The notes under the pieces were generated by a model. It ran no database searches, was not told the DNA's origin, and was given only the letters and a program-made list of their open reading frames with translations. Shown piece by piece: positions 44,936 to 53,883 of a stretch of DNA of 64,000 nt (position 1 is the stretch's first letter; each line of letters starts with the position of its first letter). The position numbers were made by a program, and so were the translations under genes. The DNA comes from an uncultured archaeon (GTDB taxonomy: Archaea > Asgardarchaeota > Lokiarchaeia > Sigyniarchaeales > SOKP01), in NCBI GenBank assembly GCA_964435435.1, contig CAYSZJ010000004.1, forward strand, positions 66-64,065, written 5' to 3'.

Positions 44936-46921
44936 TTAACCACCTCCTAAAAGACCATCAATTTCAGCAAATAATTGATGATCTCGATAGTATCTTATAT
45001 CAATAGCTTGTGTAGGACAGCATGTAGCACATATACCACATCCATCACAATTTATCTCATCAACAAACGCTCCGATATCTACCTCAATCCTTATGGCATT
45101 TTTTGGGCACTCCTGTTCACATCGTCTACACGAAATGCAAAATTCACTATCAACCTCGGCAGTTATCAGTTCAATATCAATTTCTCCAGGCGCTGTTAGT
45201 TCAGCTACTTTACTAGCTGCAGCTCTAGCTTGAGAAACGGAATAAGAAATATTTTTTGGTCCCTGCGCAAATCCAGCTATAAAAATGCCTTTTGACTTTG
45301 TTTCTTGTGGCATTAGCCCAAAGTGTGATTCTGTAAGAAACCCGTATGTGTTAGTATCAAGATTTAAAACTTGAGCAATTTGCTGTGTACCTTTTGAAGG
45401 AAGTGCTGCTGTGGATAGAACGACTAAATCAGCATCAATTTTTACAATCTTATCTGTGAGAGATGAATATACGCGAACTTTCACATTTTTTGTTTCAGGA
45501 TCTTCAGAGATCTCACCAACTTTTCCACGAATCATTCTAATGCCTGCATCTTTAGCTCGTTCATAGTACTCTTCAAATCCTTTTTCAGGAGTTCTTATGT
45601 CAATATAACATATTGTAATATTTGCATCTGGAAATTCCTCTAAGAGTAATCTTCCATTTTTTAGAGCAAGCATACAACAAACACCACTACAATAAGTTCG
45701 TTCAGTTTCTCGGCTTCCTACACATTGTATAAATACAATTTCTTTAGGTTTCTTATTATCTGAAATTCGGTGCACATAGCCTTCAAGTGGCCCATTTGGG
45801 GCTAATATTCGTTCTAACTGAGGTTGAGTTATAACATTTTCAAACTCTCCATATCCATATTCACCAAAAGGTTCATAAATATCCCATCCAGTTGCTATAA
45901 TAATCGTTCCAACATCAATATTAACTTCTTTTGATTCTTGACTAAAATCAATAGCATCTAATTCACAGGAATCTACACAGGAGAAACATTCAACACAAAC
46001 ATTTCTATCTATATCATATAAAAATGGTACTGCTTGACCAAATGGTATATCAATTGCTTTTCGTGCCCCTAAATGTTCATCGAAATAATTTGTCGTATAA
46101 ACTGGACAGACTTCAGCACATGCTCCACATCCATTACATTCGTCTGTAGTAAATCGTGGTTTCCTTTCAATTATTACGTTGTAATTACCAACATACCCTT
46201 CTATATTCTTTACTTCGCTATAACTTAATAATTCAATATTTTCGTTTCTATTGACCTCTAACATTTTTGGACCGCAAATTCATATGGCACAGTCATCTGT
46301 AGGAAATGTTCTGTCCAATTGAGACATTCTCCCTCCTATCGTAGTTTTTTGATCAACTAAATATACCTTGATGCCTTGATTCGCAAGATCTAGAGCTGCA
46401 TTCATCCCGCCAATCCCACCTCCTACTACCAATGTAGCTTTTGTAACAGGAACAGTCTTAATAGGAACTGGCTCTAATCGTTTAGCTCTTTCAATACCGC
46501 TTTTCACTAGGATTTTTGCTTTTTCTGTAGCCTCTTCTTTACTATCTGTGCACCAAGAGCAATGTTCTCTCACATTTTGGCTACAAGAGTCATTCTATAT
46601 TAATACTCTTATATTTACCATTTGAAAATAATATGGATTTAAATCCGTTTTAGCAATTGTACCCCTATAAATAACCTCATGAGTACGAGGAGTTCAAGCA
46701 GAAGCTACAATTCTGTTTAAATTCTTCTCTTTTATATCTTCAATTATTTCGTTTTGAGCATTATCAGTTCAAAGAAATGGGTTCTTCTTTGATATTAATA
46801 TCTCATCTCCAAATTCATTTTTCACGAAATCAGTTAGTTCATCACAATCTACTTTAGTTCTTATATTTACACCTCATTGACAAGCATAGTATCCAATCCG
46901 ATGATTTTCAGTATTACTCAT
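44936..46921 (-). CDS. hdrA: Canonical-length HdrA with four in-frame UGA (selenocysteine) codons and one in-frame UAG inside a 39-nt insertion
   Basis: One frame runs from ATG 46921 to TAA 44936..44938 (46921, 46573 and 46264 are congruent mod 3). The UGAs are at 46874..46876 (CHCG->CQUG), 46769..46771 (YSCS->FLUT), 46694..46696 (ASCTPRTHE->ASAUTPRTHE) and 46280..46282 (DCSLCILAPK->DCAIUICGPK). The downstream 442 aa hold the FAD, inserted-ferredoxin and C-terminal ferredoxin domains. A GAGGUGGA sequence lies about 14 nt upstream of the ATG. Confidence 0.8.
46568..46606 (-). other. 39-nt paralogue-specific in-frame insertion (contains UAG 46595..46597) within Sec-type hdrA; flanked by identical AGA codons, 5' part folds into a 9-bp hairpin
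   Basis: The alignment reads ...MVNIR[VLI*NDSCSQNVR]EHCSW..., against ...VNIRDQCSW... in all four long paralogues. Hairpin arms 46605..46613 and 46582..46590 pair as UAUAAGAGU/ACUCUUGUA. Confidence 0.75.
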
Positions 46922-46949
46922 CTATTTTTACACATCCACCTCATTTTTT

Positions 46950-46965
46950 TATACAAGATTGTATA
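46950..46965. promoter_or_regulatory. Inverted repeat TATACAA-GA-TTGTATA 29-44 nt upstream of the Sec-type hdrA start codon (possible operator/promoter element)
   Basis: 7-nt arms read directly from the sequence. Position fits a promoter-proximal site. No transcription start data. Confidence 0.3.
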
Positions 46966-47309
46966 TATTTTTGATATATCTCTGAATTTAATAATTCTTT
47001 TTTTAGATTTTATTCTTTTTTAACATTTTTAATTCTTTCTATTTATCAACATAACCGGTTTATAGATTAATGATAGTGGGGATATATCATTTTTACTCTC
47101 ATTGGAAGTTTTAGGAAACATTATGATAGAAAATAAAAGATACTGATTAAAAAAGTGATCGATTTCCTACATTATTACTCAGTTTATTAATCTCAATTAT
47201 CATATAGAGAGAGAAGGAAAATAAAATAATTCTTCTAAAAAGAAATAATAAGTATTAGGGTTAAAAATAATAATTTTTTATAAAAAATATAGTAATAAGA
47301 TTATACAAT

Positions 47310-47480
47310 TCAAAAATCTGAGCTCCTTTTTGGAAAATTAATTGAGTGAAGATATTTTCTGTAGTAATCCGATTTACTGAGAAGATATTTCCGAGCGATT
47401 GGTCTGAACATCATGGTAAAGAGTCGTGAAACGGTTACTTTTTTTCTAACTTTACTAGAATAGTCATCAAGTGTATGAAA
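47310..47480 (-). pseudogene. 3'-terminal remnant paralogous to the epimerase/dehydratase gene at 48283..49287
   Basis: Reads '..HTLDDYSSKVRKKVTVSRLFTMMFRPIARKYLLSKSDYYRKYLHS..*'. The intact protein reads 'HTIDDYFNAVRKKVAISRYFTMMFKSIVQKYLLNKSHYYKEYLNS'. No upstream coding continuation. Confidence 0.6.
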
Positions 47481-47564
47481 TAAAGAACCTGCTAATTTTT
47501 ATTCAATCTCATCAAAAGAACTAAGAATAAAAAAAAAATGAAAATTTATTGTTTTTTGCTGTAA

Positions 47565-47897
47565 TTAACCTTCAGGAAGTTCAATTCCAAAAGCGTCTAA
47601 ACCCTCTTGAGCAGTAACCCAAACTTCAACGGATGATTCAACACCCTCGATTTCTGCGTAATAAGCCATTTCCTTATTTACACTTTTCAATGCTTCTTCA
47701 AGTTTTCCCTCTTTTACAAGTGTAACACTTAAAAGTCTTAGACCATCTTCATATACTCTTCCAGCCGATTGTACAAGAGTTTCTTGTATCGATTCATCAT
47801 CAGGAAACAAATTCTTTTGCATAGCTTCAATTGCTTTTTTTACGAATATGGTCGCGAGGTGACTTGGGAACTTCATAAATATAACTATATGTGGCAT
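47565..47897 (-). CDS. Hypothetical soluble protein
   Basis: 110-aa ORF with balanced, non-low-complexity composition. No recognisable motif. Confidence 0.4.
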   Translation of the reverse strand: MPHIVIFMKFPSHLATIFVKKAIEAMQKNLFPDDESIQETLVQSAGRVYEDGLRLLSVTLVKEGKLEEALKSVNKEMAYYAEIEGVESSVEVWVTAQEGLDAFGIELPEG

Positions 47898-48282
47898 AAT
47901 TTTACCCTCTTATAATATATTTAATTTTATCCAATCAAATTGGATTCTATTTTGCATTATTTCTAATCTTTAAAAATTTTTACATTTTTATTAAAATAAT
48001 TAGAGGTGAAAAGGAGTATGTTCATGAGCAGATCTTGTACACAATATCAAAAAAATAAAAAAATATGTTAGTTAAGATTTCGATACTTTTTTTTGAGAAA
48101 AATCGATGCTAATCCAATAAGCATTAACAAAAAGTACATTTGATAACCATGAATCGTGGATAGAGAAAAGTTAAAAAGAAAGAAAAGAACATGCCCTTAA
48201 TGCGGTTCTTCAATAATTTTAGCTAATAATTATTATAGAGGGACATGTGTAAAATGTAGTTTAAAGATATTTAAAAGAAATT

Positions 48283-49287
48283 TTAATTTTTAATCTTAGA
48301 TTCAGGATGGTGGCTATTTAGATATTCTTTGTAATAGTGAGATTTATTTAGTAGATATTTTTGCACGATTGATTTAAACATCATTGTAAAATATCGTGAA
48401 ATTGCTACTTTTTTTCTCACAGCATTGAAATAATCATCAATCGTATGTCTTTGATATTGTAAATGAGTTTGACTTTTATCTGTTGTCATAAACCCACAAT
48501 GAAATCCCTTTTTACTAAATGCTTCTTCAGGTAAAATGTTAGAACCAATACCAAAAATATCCATCATTTCATTAAGATATTCTCGATAAGAAATTCGACA
48601 TCTCTCTCCACCTGCAATATGTAAGATTTCTCCCCAGATTTCATCCGTTTCGATTGCGTTAGCTAAAGCATACCCCACATCTTTAGTATTACTAATTTCA
48701 ATACAAGTATCTAAGGGCATTTCAAACATAAGTGGATCCATTTGAAGCTTATTAATAGATACTATGTATGTTAAACGAAAAATAGCATACTTTAATCCTG
48801 AGTTTCTAATTATTTCCTCACACTCTATTTTTTGTTTTGCATACTCATCATCTGGATTGGGGTTAGGAGGATCTGTTGGTCTTATTAAAGGGTTTTCTAG
48901 CCTATCTCCATATATTGCTACTGACGAAGTAAAGATGATTTTCGGTTCTTGCGGTTGATTCTGCATTGCTTCAATTATATTTGAAGTCCCTCCAACATTA
49001 ATTGATTCAGCAAATTTTGGTTTCTTATCAGCAAGCGGAGGTATAATTGCTGCTGTATGGATAATTACATCTCGTCCTGATACTGCTTTTTCTACTTCCT
49101 TATAGTTCCGTATATCTCCCCAGTACAGTTCTACTTGATTTTTATACTTTTTAGCAATTCTACGATTTCTCTTAGTTTTTATATCTAAAACTCTGATATC
49201 ATGATTTCTTTTAAGTAATTCTTGTAATGTGCTCAACCCAACATTTCCAAAAGGACCTGTTAATAATACTTTCACTAATAATAACAC
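48283..49287 (-). CDS. NAD(P)-dependent epimerase/dehydratase (extended SDR) family
   Basis: 334 aa. N-terminal 'VLLTGPFGNVGLSTLQELLKR' is the Rossmann motif. 'SSVAIYG' and 'YAKQK' fit the S...YxxxK catalytic motif. Confidence 0.8.
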   Translation of the reverse strand: MLLLVKVLLTGPFGNVGLSTLQELLKRNHDIRVLDIKTKRNRRIAKKYKNQVELYWGDIRNYKEVEKAVSGRDVIIHTAAIIPPLADKKPKFAESINVGGTSNIIEAMQNQPQEPKIIFTSSVAIYGDRLENPLIRPTDPPNPNPDDEYAKQKIECEEIIRNSGLKYAIFRLTYIVSINKLQMDPLMFEMPLDTCIEISNTKDVGYALANAIETDEIWGEILHIAGGERCRISYREYLNEMMDIFGIGSNILPEEAFSKKGFHCGFMTTDKSQTHLQYQRHTIDDYFNAVRKKVAISRYFTMMFKSIVQKYLLNKSHYYKEYLNSHHPESKIKN

Positions 49288-49429
49288 CTAATCTTAAAAT
49301 GATTAAGGATAAATACGTCTCAAAGATATGTAAGATTCTTATATATAATATATAAGGTTCTTATATATAAATTTTTTTATTAACTGCAAAAAAAGTCATA
49401 ATAATAGATAAATGTGAAAGAATTACTTA

Positions 49430-50026
49430 CTATTTTCGGCTTACTCTTAAATCTTCGATTTTTAGATTAATCTCATTCACTACATTATTCAATTTATCAA
49501 TTATCCTTGATATTATGATTCTTCGTTTAGATAAAATTTTTAATTTTTCTTTGTCAGATTTATTCATTAAAACTTCTTCTAGAATATCAGGACCAAATAA
49601 TTCTTCAAGTTCATTAGGAATAGTTGAATCGGTTATCCCTATTGTAGAAATTATCATTGAGAGTAGGGATTTTCGCATATTTTGTTGCCTTTCAATAATT
49701 GTCTTCAATGTTTCTCTTCCCTTGGGTGTGATACTGTACACTTTTCGTTCTCTTTTACCATCCATTTCAGTTGTATATTCAATTAATCCTTTCTCTGTTA
49801 ATGAAGATAAGTGAGGGTATAATGCTGAGGCTGTTGGAGTCCAAACTCCGTAAGTACCTTTTTGAATTTCTTCTGTTAACTTATATCCATGAGAAGGTTC
49901 TTTTTCTAACGCTAATAATATTAATGTACTAATATGGCCTTTTTTCATAGATTGTTCAATTGCGTCGGCAATTTCATCTATTCTTTCTGCGGTTTTAGTA
50001 TTTCCCGCCTTATCTTTACTATTCAT
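49430..50026 (-). CDS. PadR-family transcriptional regulator with C-terminal helical extension
   Basis: 'ILLALEKEPSHGYKLTEEIQKGTYGVWTPTASALYPHLSSLTEKGLIEY...RKVYSITPKGRE' is the classic PadR wHTH. Confidence 0.85.
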   Translation of the reverse strand: MNSKDKAGNTKTAERIDEIADAIEQSMKKGHISTLILLALEKEPSHGYKLTEEIQKGTYGVWTPTASALYPHLSSLTEKGLIEYTTEMDGKRERKVYSITPKGRETLKTIIERQQNMRKSLLSMIISTIGITDSTIPNELEELFGPDILEEVLMNKSDKEKLKILSKRRIIISRIIDKLNNVVNEINLKIEDLRVSRK

Positions 50027-50145
50027 TTTAAAAAATATCTTTTTTACTTAAGAACGTAGACCTGTTTAATATAGATATATCTAATAGTGTAATAATTATT
50101 AATTTTTAGAATTTGGTGTATCCAGAAAAGTAAATACCACGTCTT

Positions 50146-51111
50146 CTAAATTTCCAGTTTTGATTGATTTTTCTTACTCGTTGATGGATTATTCTTTTTT
50201 CTGACTCCCTTTTTCTTTGATTTTTTTGACCCTCCCCAACCTATTCCTGATAAATCGATGTCAGAGCCCCCAAACGCAATCCCGATTATAATAATAATCA
50301 ATACTACAACTACGATGACTATGGCTATTATTAAAGATAATAACAATATCCCTTCTATTTTAAAAAAGATTGATAACCACGGGTCTTTTTCACTTTTCTG
50401 CACAGCTTTAGATCCATAAAACATAGTTGTCAGTGCTACAATTAATATATATGCTAAAGATACTGGAATTGTTAATAAAAAATTATGAATTTCAAATATA
50501 ATAATAAATACAATTTCCAAGATTACGGTTCCTATTAAAAAAAGAATTATATGAGCCCATAGATATCCCTTAGCAAAATAATTTTCCTTCAAAATTGCTC
50601 CTATAAAGCAGACTATCAATATAGCTCCAAATGATAAACTGACAAACATATGAACTTGGGGTAAAAAGTCTGTTATCATTATTATTGGGAGACTAAGAAT
50701 TCCTGCTATGAAACAAAACGAAAAGAAAAATATTAACCCTAATTGAATATTGTCAGCTCGAGATGTAAAATATAGGATCATAAACAATAGACATTCGAGA
50801 ATTACCATAGAAATGTAAAAAGCTATAAATAGTCCTTCAAATTCAATTTCTATAAAAATCATACTAAATATTAGTTCGCTAATCAACCAAATCATTGAGC
50901 CTATTGCCATTGTTGGTAAAATCTTTTTTAAAAAGACTTCCCGTTGAGAAGAAGTAAGAACATATTTAATTTCTTTTTTAGATTTTAGGAGGGCTTCTTT
51001 TTCTGAATCCAGTTTTTGGGTAACATCTGTTATTATAGATTGACCACAATTAATACAATACTTAGAATCTTTTGCTAAAGGTTTTCCACAATTAACGCAG
51101 AATTTAGACAT
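50146..51111 (-). CDS. Zinc-ribbon domain fused to a multi-pass membrane domain, Lys-rich C-terminal tail
   Basis: 321 aa. N-terminal 'FCVNCGKPLAKDSKYCINCGQ', then 6-7 hydrophobic helices. A BI-1/YccA-like fold is possible but not verified. Confidence 0.5.
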   Translation of the reverse strand: MSKFCVNCGKPLAKDSKYCINCGQSIITDVTQKLDSEKEALLKSKKEIKYVLTSSQREVFLKKILPTMAIGSMIWLISELIFSMIFIEIEFEGLFIAFYISMVILECLLFMILYFTSRADNIQLGLIFFFSFCFIAGILSLPIIMITDFLPQVHMFVSLSFGAILIVCFIGAILKENYFAKGYLWAHIILFLIGTVILEIVFIIIFEIHNFLLTIPVSLAYILIVALTTMFYGSKAVQKSEKDPWLSIFFKIEGILLLSLIIAIVIVVVVLIIIIIGIAFGGSDIDLSGIGWGGSKKSKKKGVRKKNNPSTSKKNQSKLEI

Positions 51112-51169
51112 ATAGAATTCATTAAAAAAAAATAATAGATTATATTAAATAATTCAACTGGCTTGATAT

Positions 51170-51922
51170 TTAATTATTTGCTGATTCTTTCGGGATCAAT
51201 TCTGGTTTTTGTAATACTATTAAAAAAAGCGGTATTATCCAGATGAGTATAGAGAAGAGTAATAACCATTCTAATAATGGAGTACTTTCTATTAGATTCA
51301 CAATACAAGTAATAAATGGCCCAAATATTCCATATATTCCCAGAATTTTTGGAATTTTAGTATTATATAATACTATCAACCAACCCATAAAGAAAGCACC
51401 CAAAGTAAATCCCCCAAAAGCTAGATATGACATAAGGCCATGTGATCCTTGTCCCATAATAGATAAGAATTCATAATCACGATCCGCACTGAAGATCCCC
51501 ACACCAATATAGCCAAGATTGCCAATAAGGCTAAATAAAAATGCAGAACTACTTAATCGAAATCTTAATCGAGAGTAATGGTGCTCACTTGATTTATTTC
51601 TCTTCGGTAAGGGAGCAATTAAGTTTTCCATATAAAATGTAAAGGGAAGAGTCATGGAGCCAGCAACTATACATGCAATATCATATAAAAATGGAGCTGG
51701 TGTGTGATAACTTCCACCTAGATCCGAAATCCAGTTGTCCCATATAGTATACCCGTCTGGATCAAGTAGTGCCGCTATAATAACCCCGATTATAAGCAAT
51801 GATAGATACCCTATTATAACAATTAGACCACAATATTTCACAAAAGTATGATTAGTCACTATACTGTAAAACTTTGCTCGAACATTATTTATTGATTGGC
51901 GAATTGACATAATGAATTTCAT
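51170..51922 (-). CDS. Multi-pass membrane protein (DUF998-like?)
   Basis: 250-aa ORF with about 6 helices. 'NWISDLGGSYHTPAPFLYDIACIVAG' resembles the DUF998 motif. Weak. Confidence 0.45.
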   Translation of the reverse strand: MKFIMSIRQSINNVRAKFYSIVTNHTFVKYCGLIVIIGYLSLLIIGVIIAALLDPDGYTIWDNWISDLGGSYHTPAPFLYDIACIVAGSMTLPFTFYMENLIAPLPKRNKSSEHHYSRLRFRLSSSAFLFSLIGNLGYIGVGIFSADRDYEFLSIMGQGSHGLMSYLAFGGFTLGAFFMGWLIVLYNTKIPKILGIYGIFGPFITCIVNLIESTPLLEWLLLFSILIWIIPLFLIVLQKPELIPKESANN

Positions 51923-52212
51923 AATTCATTTATTTTAAATATATCAGTTAAATCCACTTCTGACAATTTTTAAAAAAGATAACCATACAGGAATTTAATA
52001 TCAAGAATATTATTTTTAATTAAAACTAGAGAATTTAAAATAAATTTTCTGATCATTTTTATTTTTTTATTGTGGGAATCACTAATTTTTACCAGGTTTG
52101 GTAGTTCAAAACAATAGTTATGTTAGATTTGGAAAGTTTTTTATAGTTAAGTGATCTATTTTGTTAATAATTTATCGAAGAAAATAATAGATTGAAAAAA
52201 TAAGAAATTTTA

Positions 52213-53808
52213 ATGTTAAAAACAAAAATTCATCCTCGAGAAATTTATCAGAGATGTGAAGAGCTTGGATTTAAGAATTCAATGCAAATGTTAACAGAGA
52301 TCATAGAAGCAGAGAAAGAGAAGAGTAAACGGAAAGAAGCAATTAAATATTTAGCCTTGGTTAGCAATAATTCAACATCGTTAAAAGATGACTGCTTTAA
52401 GACTCTTGAGACTCTATTGGTCACGGAAGATAGTATTGAAATTAAATGTGAAGCAGCTAATGCTCTAGGTAGATTAGAATATGAAAAAGGATTAAAACCC
52501 TTGAAATGGATATTGGAACAAAAACCAGTCAATAGTCAAATCAAGCTATCTGTTTTAAAAGCTATACAGAAGATTAAGTTTGATGAGCCAGAAATTAAAC
52601 TTTTTATTAATGAATTAGATTGCGAATTTAACTCGATCAAAGATTTTGTCACTATACAACTATTAAGTTTAAATCCAGATACTCTAATAAACCTGTTATT
52701 AAATACATTAAAAAGTAAAAAAATTTCAAATAATCATAAAATTGAACTAATTAAATTAATTGGAAATGAACTATCAAGTATTAATGTTTCTTTTGAAGAT
52801 GTTAGCTATTTAAAAATAAAATATCCTGAAATTTTGAATAATTTAGTTCAATATAAAAGCATATTATTAGAAGTAATCACCCAAATTTTGAAAGAAGAAG
52901 ATTCCGATTTAATGGATTCTGCTATAATAATTTTAAAAATTTTAGGAAAAGAAATCGAGAAAGATATAACTAAATTATTACTATTTGATGATTTCATTGT
53001 AAAGAAAAATGCTGTTATATTATGTGGAAAGTTAAAGTATGAGACGGCTGTTGATTTATTAATCACTAATTTGGATAATATATATAATGAAGTAAGCATA
53101 GCAGCTATTGAATCTCTGGGAGAGATTGGAGATTTAACAGCAGTTCCAGAGCTTTTAGATGTTTTAGATATTGAAGATATAAGTTACCAGTATCTAGATT
53201 TAGATATGAAACTCTATATATTAGATGCGATAAAAAAGATTTATATTAATAATAGAGATGCGTCTTATGATTATTTATATTCTCATTTAAGAAAAGATAA
53301 CAATACAATAAGAGAAAGTGTTGCTTTTATTTTAGGTGAAATCGGAAATGAAGAATTTGTTAAACCTTTAGTTGATTTACTACAAATACGGAATCTAGAT
53401 GTAAAAAAGAACTCAATAATTGCTTTAGGTAAAATTGGAACCTTAGAAGCTTCAGATCATTTGCTCAAAATATTGGATGATGATGAGACTTACTGGCTTA
53501 TAAAAAAAGTAGCTGTAGATGCAATTTATAATATATTTCAAAACAATTGGTATAAGGTGAAAGACGATCATGGAAAAACAAAAAGATTGATCAATAAAAA
53601 CATGGCATTTTTAAATGATCATTTGGGATCCAAGGAGGAAGAACACTTTAAAGTAAAATTAAGCCTGATTAAACTATTAGAAACTTATGGTGAAAAGCCA
53701 GCTTTAAATGTATTAATGAAAAGGGTAAATGATTTCCACAGAACAATAAGAATACATGCCTCTAATGCGATAAAAAAAATAGAAGAAAGGTTAGAATTAG
53801 AATATTAA
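52213..53808 (+). CDS. HEAT (PBS-lyase type) repeat protein
   Basis: 531 aa. Recurrent pattern '..A(A/I)..LG.IG...A(V/S)..L(L)..L.D' (e.g. 'AAIESLGEIGDLTAVPELLDVL', 'SIIALGKIGTLEASDHLLKIL'). Confidence 0.75.
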   Translation: MLKTKIHPREIYQRCEELGFKNSMQMLTEIIEAEKEKSKRKEAIKYLALVSNNSTSLKDDCFKTLETLLVTEDSIEIKCEAANALGRLEYEKGLKPLKWILEQKPVNSQIKLSVLKAIQKIKFDEPEIKLFINELDCEFNSIKDFVTIQLLSLNPDTLINLLLNTLKSKKISNNHKIELIKLIGNELSSINVSFEDVSYLKIKYPEILNNLVQYKSILLEVITQILKEEDSDLMDSAIIILKILGKEIEKDITKLLLFDDFIVKKNAVILCGKLKYETAVDLLITNLDNIYNEVSIAAIESLGEIGDLTAVPELLDVLDIEDISYQYLDLDMKLYILDAIKKIYINNRDASYDYLYSHLRKDNNTIRESVAFILGEIGNEEFVKPLVDLLQIRNLDVKKNSIIALGKIGTLEASDHLLKILDDDETYWLIKKVAVDAIYNIFQNNWYKVKDDHGKTKRLINKNMAFLNDHLGSKEEEHFKVKLSLIKLLETYGEKPALNVLMKRVNDFHRTIRIHASNAIKKIEERLELEY

Positions 53809-53883
53809 ATTTTTAAAAATTAAATTAATAAATTTCTTCAGTTTTTCCATCAACAATTATATTATTAGTAGAATATAAATGGA

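Noticed and set aside
44936-46573. Reading 44936..46264 and 46280..46573 as two separate genes, or as a decayed hdrA pseudogene.
   Set aside because: The two ORFs and the uncalled 46574..46921 segment are in one frame. Every interrupting UGA aligns with an invariant Cys of the paralogues. The adjacent vhuD shows the same pattern and there are no frameshifts. Selenocysteine recoding explains this better than decay. Only the UAG-containing 39-nt insert remains unexplained.
46568-46613. The 39-nt insert as an archaeal bulge-helix-bulge (BHB) intron cut by the tRNA splicing endonuclease.
   Set aside because: The hairpin I can draw pairs exon-1 sequence with the middle of the insert. That leaves the 3' boundary about 14-18 nt beyond the helix. 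I could not place two 3-nt bulges separated by a 4-bp helix at the two boundaries. RNA-level removal by another route is not excluded.
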